Source: Botryllus schlosseri
Taxonomy: Eukaryota
Direction: 5' to 3'
NCBI GenBank assembly: GCA_051294905.1
Contig: CM119372.1
Coordinates: 13,022,001-13,082,000 of the forward strand
DNA length: 60,000 nt
A program made the translations under genes and the position numbers. The notes under the pieces were generated by a model that saw only the letters and a program-made list of their open reading frames with translations, was not told the DNA's origin and made no database searches. Shown here piece after piece: positions 1 to 13,415 of this stretch. Position 1 is the stretch's first letter. Each line of letters starts with the position of its first letter.

Positions 1-1484
1 AATAAACATGTGTTAAACAAAATGTTTTAAAACACCGTTTGTTTTAAATGCAACTCTAGCCGGGGGACAAAAGTCGCCGTTTACCCGCCCATTTTCCAAT
101 TGTACTTGTGCTTGCATACGTGTCACTACGTCTCATCATAGTCAGATGAAAAGCTTTTATATACCCTACGTATAATTCGATGATATTTGAGCGAATAACA
201 ATAATAAATATAACTAAACTTTCATTAATTCTACAATTTTCCAAATAGCTCTGAGATCCAAATCAAAATGGTCCTGTGGCCAACCAGTGGGTCAACTCAT
301 GGCCCACTGTTTGAGAACCCCTGGCCTATAGCAAATGGCAAAGACATATTTCTTTCAAAGGACACCGAACAATCACAATTAAGTTATTTGAATACAACAG
401 GACTTCGTAAACTTCGCTTTGCAGAAAAGTCAATAGAACCACTTATAAATATCTAGTAACAAAAAAGCGTCATGAAATTACATTTAAGTTGTCATAATCG
501 AATTTAGGGTGAATTTTAGTTATTGAAAGTTCACCGATCCGCAAGATTTTTTTTTAGTTTTACCGGTCCACGAGGTCAAAAAGGTTGAGAACCACTGGTC
601 TACATCACACTTTCCATTTGGCCAAAGGCAATTTTACGGTGATATTTAACCGTCTTGACGCGCGCGAAAATTGATGCAACAATGCAGGCCGGGAGCAGGT
701 GAGGAGCAGCGCAAACCGCAAGCGTATTGGCCATTGTTGCGTAATCGATCGAGCATTCATACTCTCACCATAGTGTCCTACAATAATGATGTAGACCAGA
801 GGTCTCAAACACGTGGTAAAACGGGTATCAATCGACAGCTGACTCTGCGCTGATTACGAAAATATAAATTTTATCCCGTTCGTGGCCCTGGAACCCCCAC
901 AATCAGCCTCGAATTTTTCATTGTTATGGAGATTGGTATTGGGACGCAACAATGCTGTCTGGCGAAACGATAGAGTAGCTCAAGAGCAAAAGAGCGGCTG
1001 TGCAGCGAGCGTGAGATTATAGAATGTAAACATACCACTGTGATTCTATTAGAATTTTTGGCCGAAATCGGGGATCGGGTGAATCATGGAAATATACTCG
1101 GGTGTCATTACGTTTTGTGCTTTGGAAATTACATCGGCATATTCGTGAACCTCTTGCCAGACTATTTCTTGGTGATGTATTCAACGACAAATGCATGTAA
1201 ACGACGGTTTTCGGGTGTATTTCCGGGTATAATGACGAAAGAACAATTTTAAGAAGACGAATGGATACCTACTACGCAGCCGTTTGACTGAATATTTTGC
1301 AGAGAAATCGCCCGAAATGTGTCGATGATAACGCTCAGCAGACCATGTCTATCGACAATCCTTGGGGTATAAATATATTTCGAAGAGTGCGAGAATGGTT
1401 TGACACCGGCGGCAGCTACAAAGAATCATCATTTTCCCGAATATATGATCACGACGAATAGTAGAACACTTTTTTAAAAGATTT

Positions 1485-4183
1485 AGGCTCCGGACTCTAC
1501 ATATATCTCATTAAAATCGAATTGAAATCGGACATTTTCAAAATTTCGGTAATCCGGACACAATTATGGCCCCAGATCGACCCTTGGGACGTCAACTTGA
1601 ATAATAACTTTGGTATTGATGGAATCAGCGAGACTAGTAGAATCCATTTCAAAAAGAATTAGGCTTCGGACTTTACATATATCTCATTAGAATCGAATTG
1701 AAATCGGACATTTTCAAAATTTTGATAATCCCGACACAATTATGGCCCCAGTTGGACCCTTGGGACGTCGACTTGAATAATAATTTTGGTATTGATGGAA
1801 TCGGCTAGACTAGTAAAATCCATTTCAAAAATAATTAGGCTTCGGACTCTACATATATCTCATTAGAATCGAATTGAAATCGGACATTTTCGAAATTTTG
1901 ATAATCCGGACACAATTATGGCCCCAGATCGACCCTTGGGACGTCGACTTGAATAATAATTTTGGTATTGATGGAATCGGCTAGACTAGTAGAATCCATT
2001 TCAAAAAGAATTAGGCTTCGGACTCTACATATATCTCATTAGAATCAATTTGAAATTGGACATATTCGAAATTTCGATAATCCGGACACAATTATGGCCC
2101 CAGATCGACCCTTGGGACGTAGACTTGAATAATAATTTTGGTATTGATGGAATCGGCTGGACTAGTAGAATCCATTTCAAAAAGAATTAGGCTTCGGACT
2201 TTACATATATCTCATTAGAATCGAATTGAAATCGGACATTTTCGAAATTTTGATAATCCGGACACAATTATGGCCCAAGTTTGACCCTTGGGACGTCGAC
2301 TTGAATAATAATTTTGGTGTTGATGGAATCGGCTAGACTAGTAGAATCCATTTCAAAAACAATTAGGCTTCGGACTCTACATATATCTCATTAGAATCGA
2401 ATTGAAATCGGACATTTTCAAAATTTTGATAATCCGGACACAATTATGGCCCCAGATCGACCCTTGGGACGTCGACTTGAATAATAATTTTGGTATTGAT
2501 GGAATTGGCTAGACTAGTAGAATCCATTTCAAAAAGAATTAGGCTTCGGACTCTACATATATCTCATTAGAATCGAATTGAAATCGGACATTTTCGAAAT
2601 TTTGATAATCCGGACACAATTACGGCCCCAGATCGACCCTTGGGACGTCGACTTGAATAATAATTTTGGTATTGATGGAATCGGCTAGACTAGTAGAATC
2701 CATTTCAAAACGAATTAGGCTTCGAACTCTACATATATCTCATTAGAATCGAATTGAAATTGGACATATTCGAAATTTCGATAATCCGGACACAATTATG
2801 GCCCCAGTTGAACCCTTGGGACGTCGACTTGAATAATAATTTTGGTCTCGATAGAAGCGGCCAGACTAGTAAAATCCATTTCAAAAAGAATTAGGCTTCG
2901 GACTTTACATATATCTCATTAGAATCGAATTGAAATCGGACATTTTCGAAATTTCGATAATCCGGACACAATTATGGCCCCAGTTGAACCCTTGGGACGT
3001 CGACTTGAATAATAATTTTGGTCTCGATAGAAGCGGCCAAACTAGTAGAATTAATTTCAAAAAGAATTAGGCTTCGTACTCTACATATATCTCATTAGAA
3101 TCGAATTGAAATCGGACATTTTCGAAATGTTGATAATCCGGACACAATTATGGCCCCAGTTGGACCCTTGGGACGTCGACTTGAATAATAATTTTGGTCT
3201 CGATAGAAGCGGCCAGACTAGTAGAATCCATTTCAAAACGAATTAGGCTTCGGACTCTACATATATCTCATTAGAATCGAATTGAAATTGGACATTTTCG
3301 AAATTTCGATAATCCGGACACAATTATGGCCCCAGATCGACCCTTGGGACGTCGACTTGAATAATAATTTTGATCTTGATAGAATCGGTCAGACTAGTAG
3401 AATCCATTTCAAAAAGAATTAGGCTTCGGACTTTACATATATCTCATTAGAATCGAATTGAAATCGGACATTTTCGAAATTTCGATAATCCGGACACAAT
3501 TATGGCCCCAGTTGAACCCTTGGGACGTCGACTTGAATAATAATTTTGGTCTCGATAGAAGCGGCCAAACTAGTAGAATCAATTTCAAAAAGAATTAGGC
3601 TTCGGACTCTACATATATCTCATTAGAATCGAATTGAAATCGGACATTTTCGAAATTTTGATAATCCGGACACAATTATGGCCCCAGTTGGACCCTTGGG
3701 ACGTCGACTTGAATAATAATTTTGGTCTCGATAGAAGCGGCCAGACTAGTAGAATCCATTTCAAAACGAATTAGGCTTCGGACTCTACATATATCTCATT
3801 AGAATCGAATTGAAATTGGACATTTTCGAAATTTCGATAATCCGGACACAATTATTGCCCCAGATCGACCCTTGGGACGTCGACTTGAATAATAACTTTG
3901 ATCTTGATAGAATCGGTCAGACTAGTAGAATCCATTTCAAAACGAATTAGGCTTCGGACTCTACATATATTTCATTAGAATCGAATTGAAATTGGACATT
4001 TTCGAAATTTCGATAATCCGGACACAATTATTGCCCCAGATCGACCCTTGGGACGTCGACTTGAATAATAATTTTGATCTTGATAGAATCGGTCAGACTA
4101 GTAGAATCCATTTCAAAACGAATTAGGCTTCGGACTCTACATATATTTCATTAGAATCGAATTGAAATTGGACATTTTTCAAA
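1485..4183 (+). repeat. 176-bp tandem satellite array, ~15.3 units (left arm)
   Basis: Anchor AGGCT(T/C)CGGACT recurs at 1485, 1661, 1837, 2013 ... 4125 (period 176). Confidence 0.97.
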
Positions 4184-4930
4184 TGGGACGTTGGCTAGAA
4201 GGATGATTTTACCACATATTGGTGCTTCTTCTGTTTGAAAGGAACTCGCCCAAAGTTGCAAAAAGTTTCGGAATTCTGAAAAACGCTTCTGCAACTTCGG
4301 GTCTTCAACGTTTGGATTGTTCGGTTATTGATGAAAATGAAGTAATCCTAAAGGACGAAATTTTTTACGAACATTGCGAAGTAAGATAAAAACCAGGGGG
4401 CACAATCCCTTTTTTTTTGTCCGAAGCAAAATCATAATGGACAATTTGAAAACTTCTGAAATTTTTGAGGAAGGATCAAATCATGCCTACGCAAAAAAAA
4501 TGAATATTATTCTTCTGATTTCGCCGTCAAAATGTTGCATGTTACATTTGTCGGATCGGTGCCACATCAGGTCTCTTGCTCAGATATTTGACTATGGGCA
4601 ATTGGGCATGCTGAAATGGAAGATATTCAAAACCATGGGAAAGCGCTGCAAAAGGCCGGAAATTTCATTTCATCAACGGTTATCTACGAGAGAGTTCCGA
4701 TTTTCACGACATTTGAAGTACCGATCCCCGAAATTTTATCGGAGGAACAAAGCAAGGAAATTTTTGAGCACGATAGCATTTGCGTAAGCTCGCTAACCAA
4801 CTCAAATCAGGAGAAGCAACACGTTCGTCACCACGGGCTTTTTGCTATCAAAAATCATGATAGGTTGAAAATGCATTGCTATACAAATCAGATATGGGAA
4901 TCCAATGACGTATTATCGGTGTGTAAGTAG

Positions 4931-6220
4931 CAGAGGTGCTCAAAGTAGTCAAGAAAGCTACTCAAGTAGAAGTAGAAGTAGCGACGAAAAATCTACTCAA
5001 GTACGAGTAGAAGTACTTCTTCCATAAGACATCCAAAACTACTTGAAGTAGAATTGACTGACATTAAAAGTACTCAAGTAAGTAAGTAGTTGTGAAAACG
5101 ATCCTAATTCGTTCACATGGATTGTAAAAAGGTGAAAATTGAGCTATGTGAAAGGTTACGAGCTTGATTCATATTGAGGCATACCAGGAGGTATCCAATT
5201 TTCGATAGCCTAAGCATTCGTCCACATCATTGGAAGAAAATGATAGTATTGATATGGAAATGCGATGCGAATCCTCTGTTTTCTCGAACAGCATGGTATA
5301 GCGCCATCCCCCATCTTAGAAGGCCCGTAGTTTAGTCGAAGAGCAATACGGAGAAGTTGTATAGGATTAGTAAACGTTAATAAAATATATGGTGGACCGT
5401 AAAAATGCCATATTGTGTAGCTTTATTTCCGGAAATTAAAGGCATTACTACACTTGCTTTTATACTCCAACATGTTTATGTTATCCAGACAAAAGAACTG
5501 ATAATAATTATAACTCAAATTATATGATACTGGGAATTGAAAGTGAAACAAAATTACTACTTCTAAAAGCGGAACACGTTTTTCACGCCTTTAGTCCAGA
5601 AAGTTTCAAAGGTGGTACGCTAAAACAGCTCTAAAACTAACAAAAAAGTCAGAGTCCCCTTTTCCAGGTTAGGACGCGCCATGGACATGCTAGATTACGA
5701 TACGACAAGTAAATGCTAGATTGCAAAATAGCGGTTTCAAACGTTATGATGAGCAATATATACTGTGATGAATTATTTCATATGGGCGAAGGGCGACAAT
5801 GTGGTGTGAACGAAGGGATATCTAGATATCTAGTTTGAGATATCCCTGTGTGAACGGAACCACGCCAACCCGCTAGCTAAGTTACGTTCTTCGATACTTT
5901 CGTGAAATCATACTGATGACTCCGTATCCACTGCGCGCAAAGCGCGACGATAATTCTGGGCTTTACTCAACTCTTATGAAAATTAAATGTAGATATTCCG
6001 TGAAAACAGCCCCGAAATTCCTCAGGCTATCTTCCTGATTGGAAGATTGAACTACTTCTACTTGACAAACTGAAAATGGCGAAAAGTAAGTAAGTAGATC
6101 TCAAAATATTACGAAGTAGAAGTAGCAAAAATCAGATCTACTTGAGTAAGTAACAGAAGTAGAGGAAAACTACTTGAGTGCTTCGAAAAAGTAGAAGTAC
6201 TTCGTTACTGACCACCTCTG
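4931..6220. mobile_element. hAT-type non-autonomous element with AAGTAG/CTACTT subterminal motifs
   Basis: TIR CAGAGGTG...CACCTCTG; perfect 8-bp TSD GTAAGTAG (4923-4930, 6221-6228); related pieces at 47022-47252 and ~50255-50405. Confidence 0.9.
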
Positions 6221-6536
6221 GTAAGTAGCCTACGTCAAGTCGAGACTTTGCTTTCTGAGGACGTTTGCGAATAAATCAAATGCAACCGGCAGAATATATC
6301 CACGATCACGGGAATTAACATTCGAGGTAATCAACCCTGGCTTTATTGCAGAAAATTGTGATGTGATGAAATTTTGGAAACCAGATTCCAAAGTCCATTC
6401 ATATTTTTGACTTGTAATTTTGATTGAAATAATAATCAAACAAACCATGGTAGAAATAAACACAACTATGCAAAGACGCTGAAGAACTTGCAAAGACGCT
6501 GAAGAACTCGCTAGGATGTTAATCAACGATGATAAT

Positions 6537-7380
6537 TAGGGCGGTTTTTTTTTTACCTAAAAAAAATAAAATTTTGACCTAAAAAATCAAAATTTTGACT
6601 TAACGTATGCAAATTAGGTGTTTTCCCACATAATGTTAAAATTGTACCACTTATCTTCATTTCTGGTTGGAACTGACTGTCCTAATGAAGTAGTTTGGCC
6701 TGAAAAAACGTTTTTGGCTTAGAAACAGGCAACTTTTTACATGAAAAAAAACAACATTTTAACGAAATCTGGCCCTATGAAAAATTCCAGTGGTTACAAT
6801 ATGTATTATGGTAGAAATAATTAAAATATTTTGTAGTACAACGAGAGATACTTTCCTACATTCTTGGGTAAAAAGTGCACGTCCTTACTAAGAAGCTTGC
6901 CAAGGACGTTCAACAGCAGGAGTTGTTGGCTGACAACACTCAAGTTGTGCGTACACTGCTGTTGCTGGTGACACACCGTGTTGCTTCATTCTGACAATGT
7001 TGTCTACAATCTACATCACAATTTTTCATCATGCGCTTCTTAATGTAAGAATGATGCGATGCACAAGAAGTCTTTCTTCATTTAGGATATTGCGGTACGT
7101 TGACCATAACACCATGTCTACCAATTATTTGTTTTATTTGACCGTTTATGATTCACAATAGGCAGACTATTAGCCGTTTACAACGGTAGGCCTATAAAAT
7201 AGGCTAAAAGCGGTAAAATATCAAATTATAAGTTCACCGACAGTGCAAAATCTATACTTCAAACAAAATGCAGACGTCAAAAATTTTTTGACTTTATGAA
7301 AAATTTTGACAAATTTTGACCTAACGCTACAATTTTGACAAAATTTAGACAAATATTGACATGTCAAAAAAAACGCCGTA
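6537..7380. mobile_element. hAT-type MITE (TAGGG termini)
   Basis: TAGGGCGGTTTTT...AAAAACGCCGTA; perfect TSD ATGATAAT (6529-6536, 7381-7388); shorter relative at 40590-40924. Confidence 0.85.
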
Positions 7381-7639
7381 ATGATAATAGATTAATGAAT
7401 AGAAAAGCCAGAATTTTGAATGTGCCATCTCGTACTTGTTATCATCATTTTGTACATTGTACATTCCTACATTTCGAAAAAATGATAAAATCGAATTTGC
7501 TATAGTCTAGTTTTATTGGTCCGTCCGTATCATTGTTGAAAGCATTTTTACTTCTTTCAGTCTTAGAAGCTGTGCACTTACATATATATATATAAAATAG
7601 GACAGGATAAGAGGACAGATCAGGGCCAAAACTTACACA

Positions 7640-9165
7640 TTCCGAACCCAGGGGTCAAATGGGGGCCCTGCGTGTGTTTCGGGTACCGAAATTTCGAAAA
7701 TGTCCAATTTCAATTCGATTCTAATGAGATATACGTAGAGTCCGAAGTTCGATTCGTTTTGAAATAGATTCTACTAGTCTAGCCGATTCCATCAATACCA
7801 AAATTATTATTCAAGTCGACGTCCCAAGGGTCGATCTGGGGCCATAATTTTGTCCGGATTACCGAAATTTCGAAAATGTCCAATTTCAATTCGATTCTAA
7901 TGAGATATATGTAAAGTCCGAAGCCTAATTCGTTTTGAAATGGATTCTAATAGTCTAGCCGATTCGATCAATACCAAAATTATTATTCAAGTCGACGTCC
8001 CAAGGGTCGAACTGGGGCCATAATTTTGTCCGGATTACTGAAATTTCGAAAATGTCCAATTTCAATTCGATTCTAATGAGATATATGTAAAGTCCGAAGC
8101 CTAATTCGTTTCGAAATGGATTCTACTAGTCTAGCCGATTCGATCAATACCAAAATTATTATTCAAGTCGACGTCCCATTCCCAAGGGTCGAACTGGGCC
8201 CATAATTTTGTCCGGATTACTGAAATTTCGAAAATGTCCAATTTCAATTCGATTCTAATGAGATATATGTAAAGTCCGAAGCCTAATTCGTTTTGAAATG
8301 GATTGTACTAGTCTAGCCGATTCGATCAATACCAAAATTATTATTCAAGTCGACGTCCCAAGGGTCGATCTGGGGCCATAATTTTGTCCGGATTACCGAA
8401 ATTTCGAAAATGTCCAATTTCAATTCGATTCTAATGAGATATATGTAAAGTCCGAAGCCTAATTCGTTTTGAAATGGATTGTACTAGTCTAGCCGATTCG
8501 ATCAATACCAAAATTATTATTCAAGTTGACGTCCCAAGGGTCGAACTGGGGCCATAATTTTGTTCGGATTACCGAAATTTCGAAAATGTCCAATTTCAAT
8601 TCGATTCTAATGAGATATATAGAGTCCGAAGCCTAATTCGTTTTGAAATGGGTGCTACTAGACTGACCGATTCTATCAAGACCAAAATTATTATTCAAGT
8701 CGACGTCCCAAGGGTCGAACTGGGGCCATAATTGTGTCCGGATTACCGAAATTTCGAAAATGTCCAATTTCAATTCGATTCTAATGAGATATATGTAAAG
8801 TGCGAAGCCTAATTCGTTTTGAAATGGATTCTACTAGTCTGACCGATGCTATGAAGACCAAAATTATTATTCAAGTCGACGTCCCAAGGGTCGATCTGGG
8901 GCCATAATTTTGTCCGGATTACCGAAATTTCGAAAATGTCCAATTTCAATTCGATTCTAATGAGATATATGTAGAGTCCGAAGCCTAATTCGTTTTGAAA
9001 TGGATTTTACTAGTCTGGCCGATTCTATCAATACCAAAATTATTATTCAAGTCGACGTCCCAAGGGTCGAACTGGGGCCATAATTTTGTTCGGATTACCG
9101 AAATTTCGAAAATGTCCAATTTCAATTCGATTCTAATGAGATATATGTAGAGTCCGGATCCTAAA
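7640..9165 (-). repeat. 176-bp satellite array, ~8.5 units, inverted (right arm)
   Basis: Reverse complement of the 1485-4183 unit (TCAAGTCGACGTCCCAAGGGTCGA...GGGGCCATAATT repeated every ~176 bp). Confidence 0.96.
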
Positions 9166-9294
9166 TCTTTTAAAAAAGTTTTCTACTATTCGTCGTGATC
9201 ATATATTCGGGAAAATGATGATTCTTTGTAGCTGCCGCCGGTGTCAAGCCATTCCCGCACTCTTCGAAATAATTTATAGCCAAGGATTGTCGAA

Positions 9295-11725
9295 CAGTGG
9301 CGGCTCGTCCTATAGGGCAACTGGGGCATTGCCCCACCTAAAATTCTGTTCGATAACAATTTAACCATTTATAGACGCACAGCAATCAGTATATACCGAG
9401 ATCACGGCGAAACCCGCATTATTCTTGTGCTTTCGCTAACAAATGCCCATACATAGCGAAGTCTCTGCGAAAATCGAATTCTCTTCTGTGTTTTCGCTTT
9501 GTGAATGCCTAGCCGGGGCTTGCCCCGGTAGCGCTCATAACAAGCTTTCACTATCTATTCTCTCAAAGCCGCGCACAATAAAGAAACGGTGATTTGCTCT
9601 CTCCTATTCGTAAAATGGCCGAGCAAGTGGGGCAACTATGCCTGTCGTCCTTAAGGTGTGATGTAACAATCGTATCTATATCTGAACTCGGTTACCGTGA
9701 TATGCGTTGACTCGACCTTTGCTGGTATATGTCGATTTTGACGGTGTTTCGCACCATGATAATTCTTGAAACTTGGTACGATATGTCGTGAAGGTAGTAT
9801 TTAGCACTGCTCCAAGTTTCAGGCTTGCTACTCAAAGATAAGGGTGGTAATTTCGTTTCCGAAGTTCAGTGTGTGCGGATCTATCATGTACATTGTACAG
9901 CAAACAGATTTTACTCAAAAGCCGGTATTGGTCTCCATTGATTTTGACGATGTTCCATACCGAGATCGGTCATGATATTTGGCACAGTAAGTCTTAATAT
10001 TAGTATCGACCGCTGTAATAAGTTTTAAGTTTGTCACTGAACTATGTGGGTGGTAATTTCGTTTCCAAAGTCGAGTGAGAGCTGACTCTTCATTTATCGC
10101 TAACAGATTTACGCAAAAGCCGTTATTGGTCTCTATTGATTTTAACGATGTTCCATACCTAGATCTGTCATGAGCTTTTGCACGGTATGTCTTGATTTTA
10201 GTATCGAACGCGGTGCCAAGTCTTAAAGTTGACGCTCAATGATTGAGGCAGTTATTTCGTTTTCGAGGTCGAGTATGGTAGAGATGCGCGCTGATCTGAT
10301 ACTTAGCCTACCTACATCATTGCGGATCTCACGGAAAAGCCGGTGTCTGTCTGTGCTAATCTAGTCTGCGTTCCATAACTAGATCGGTGATGATATTTCC
10401 AATGGTATATCTCGATGATCGCATGAAACAGCTAACTAAGATTTTCGGTTTGCATTCAAATATTCACATAATTTTATGTTCGCCAATGTGCATTTCACTG
10501 TGAAATTGTGGCCTTCAAACCATTTGCTTACAATCCCCTGTCAAATGCGATAGCTATTTCATTTTCGATGTCGGCTAACAGCTGATCATTCGATCAGCCT
10601 ATTCCTCGATCTATTTTACTCAAAGTTCGGTGTTCGTCTGTTTGTATTGATTTTGACAGTGTACCATGCCGGAATGGGTTATGAGATTGCGAATGCTACT
10701 TCTCGATGATTTCATGTAACAGTATGCTAAGTTTACGGCTTTCATTCATGTATTTATTGATTAATATATTTTCCAACGGCGATTTGGCAGCAGACAGTAA
10801 GCCGTATGTGTTGCGTCACAATCTCCAGTTTCAAGGCCAAAATGTACTATGTTGTTCCGAGACCGAAGTTCCGAGGCTGCTGTCCTTAGTTCTTCAAAGA
10901 CCATTCAAATTGATGTTCTGGATTCAATATGACAGGCCCAATCTATGAGATAACAATTGCGTATGTGTCCGAAGTCGTTGACCTTTGCAGTTAGGCTTAC
11001 GCAATCTCTCGAGTTCTAGTCATTGGAATTAGTCTGGTCAAGTCAAGTGCGAACATGAATCGTATTGAATCTTTGCTCCGTACGTAGGCTAGTTTACGCG
11101 GTTGTATTTAGAGCGAAAATTAAAGGTCTAGAAGACTACTCCTTGTCGCTTCGACATCTTCCTGTCTTTTCATTGTATCGCATTTTTGTGGTGTATTGAA
11201 CTGATAAAATTGCTAATAAACCAATGATGATGGTGATAGAAATTGTCCAGTCCATTGATCCAATCGTACGCCGGGTACCTCCGCTTTGGTTGCCTATCAC
11301 CTGGTCGTAACTCGTAACCACCAGCTCAGTGGTCGTAACACACCAGGATCGTGTACGAAACACTTTCGGACGGCCTTTCGATTTGCGTAATCTCTAACTC
11401 TACCATGAAATCATAACGCATGCTACTAAGGATGACCTGATAATTGATTCGTGGCATAGGGACGATTCTTAGTTCACGTACATTATGTAAAGTAATCCTT
11501 TGATTAAAAAAAAATGAATAAAACATTTGTTACCACACTTCAAGTCACGGCTCACCGGCAAACTTCTCGCGGCACCTACGTTAAAATCACTGTTGTCGGG
11601 AAATTCATGTGACCATCATAATAAAGTTACTTTTTTACGTTGGAAAACGCCATTGTGACGTCATGTTGATAAAAGTCGCTCGCAGCCCTTGCCCCACCAC
11701 CCGATATTGTCACGAGCCGCCACTG
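9295..11725. mobile_element. hAT-type non-autonomous element inserted in the right arm of the foldback element
   Basis: TIR CAGTGGCGGCTCGT...ACGAGCCGCCACTG; perfect TSD TTGTCGAA (9287-9294, 11726-11733); removing it restores colinearity with the left arm. Confidence 0.93.
9720..10750 (+). repeat. Degenerate ~200-bp tandem repeats (about 5) inside the hAT element
   Basis: GATTTTGACGATGTTCCATAC...GATC.GTCATGA-like block recurs near 9735, 9940, 10138, 10360 and 10650. Confidence 0.7.
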
Positions 11726-12973
11726 TTGTCGAAAGACATGGTCTGCTGAGCGTTATCATCGACACATTTCTGGCGATTTCTCTGCAAAATATTCAGTCAA
11801 ACGGCTGCGTAGTAGGTATCTATTCGTCTTCTTAAAATTGTTTTTTCGTCATATTAGCCGGAAATATACCGGAAAACAATCGTTTACATGCATTTGTCGT
11901 TGAATACATCAACAAGAAATAGTATGGCAAGAGTTTCCCGAATATGCCGATGTAATTTCCAAAGCACAAAACGTAATGACACCCGAGTATATTTCCATGA
12001 TTCACCCGATCACCGATTTTCGCCAAAAATTCTAATAGAATCACAGTGGTGTAAACATGGAACGGCAACAACCGATTTTGCAGCTTCGTTCCGCTTCGCT
12101 GAGGCTGCTGTGGAGAATTGTTTTGCGTAGGATTTCTGGCAATCCAAAAGTTATCTTCCAGAGCGCAGAATTTACTGAATCTGGTCTTGATTGAAAGCCA
12201 TTGTCCCTCTGATTCCAAAAATGTGAATTATTATAATTATAGTTTATTATTATTAGTTATTATCATTACTATTATTAGTTTATTATTATTACAATTATAA
12301 TTGAAGGCCAAGTCATAAAATATTACATGCATACATTCACCCACGCCCAGTAGCTTACAGTACCACACTGTGAAAGAAAAAAAACGGACGGACGTCTAGC
12401 TCGAGCACTATGAAATGATAAGGGCAACCACGAATATAGAAATCAATATCGCTGGTATATCTGCCTCCCCATCATCGAGAATTGATGCTCGATTATAAAA
12501 TCTTGTCAATGAAATTCATGTTTTCTTCCGATCACAGTACTTTCGTTGCTGCTATTCTATATGTATTCGGTACAATTTGAGTCTCCTGCAGTTTCCGCAT
12601 TTTCTAGATCATATTTTCCACGATGGCAAGTTGTGCGTGTATGTATAATAGTTAGTGACCGAATGCTTGACTCTCAGATACTTCAAAATTCCAATTTTAA
12701 ACTATTACGGCTGTTCTCTGCTATTTATGAGGCCTAATTCACCTTATATAGAGTGTCCCGCAGTTCCCGCGTTTTCTAGATATTTTCCGCGAGGCTAGGT
12801 TGAGCGTCTATAATGGTCAGAGACCGAATGTTAGATCCTCAAATACTTCAAAAAAAAGCACTAATTCTGCGTGATACTCGAAAATTAGGGTGTCCCGCAG
12901 TTTCTAAGTATTTTTCTGCGAGGCCATAGGTTTGGCGTATATAATGGTTAGTGACCGAATGCTTGACCCTCAG

Positions 12974-13415
12974 TGTAAACGGCTGTCCCAATTCCGTCAT
13001 GCGCGAAAGCATAAATAGGTCTCGCGCAAAACCAGATCCGTGACGGCACAGGCAATCTGCGAGGCACGTGTTCTCAGAGCCCGCACATTCAAGTCGGCGC
13101 GCTCGCGCGGCAGACGTAATATAGACAATTGGCTCCATTTCGCTTCATTTATTATTTCTATTTCTTATTGAACCGCAGTATCATTGAACCTGGTAAATCT
13201 ACAAGTTTCTGACCACTAATTACTACTATTTGGCTGTTCTGTGCTAACAAAGAAAGCTCCTTGGATCTGCGTGTGTGATCAGGATTGCAAGAGTACTCAG
13301 AGCGGTCATTAGTCAGTCGACTAGTGCGTATAACAGGAACTGTAGCCGTAGCGTCGACTCCAATCAAGCACTATACCAGCGTGTCTTGCAACAAGTCGTT
13401 GCAGCGACCGCTACA
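12974..13415 (-). mobile_element. Solo LTR (442 bp)
   Basis: TGTA...TACA termini, 5-bp TSD CTCAG (12969-12973, 13416-13420) duplicating a motif that is single in other satellite units; AATAAA on the minus strand near 13150. Confidence 0.8.

Larger units (their letters stand above)
1034..12050. mobile_element. Foldback-type non-autonomous DNA transposon with multi-kb, satellite-containing inverted arms
   Basis: Termini ACCACTGTGATTCTATTAGAATTTTTGGC / GCCAAAAATTCTAATAGAATCACAGTGGT; identical 8-bp TSD GTAAACAT at 1026-1033 and 12051-12058; outer ~450 bp (1034-1484) is mirrored at ~9165-9294 plus 11726-12050; both arms continue into the same 176-bp tandem repeat in opposite orientations. Confidence 0.92.

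Noticed and set aside
1036..1063. CACTGTG/CACAGTG near the foldback termini resembles the V(D)J RSS heptamer (Transib/ProtoRAG)
   Set aside because: True ends extend 2 bp further (ACC/GGT, confirmed by the third copy), the TSD is 8 bp not 5 bp, there is no canonical nonamer and no RAG-like ORF
1040..1252. ORF recurring at 1040-1252, 11832-12218 and 20083-20274
   Set aside because: Recurs only because it lies in the TIR; non-ATG start and no recognisable domain
1485..4183. Regular repeat array as CRISPR-like locus
   Set aside because: Units are contiguous 176-bp repeats without unique spacers; eukaryotic context, no cas genes
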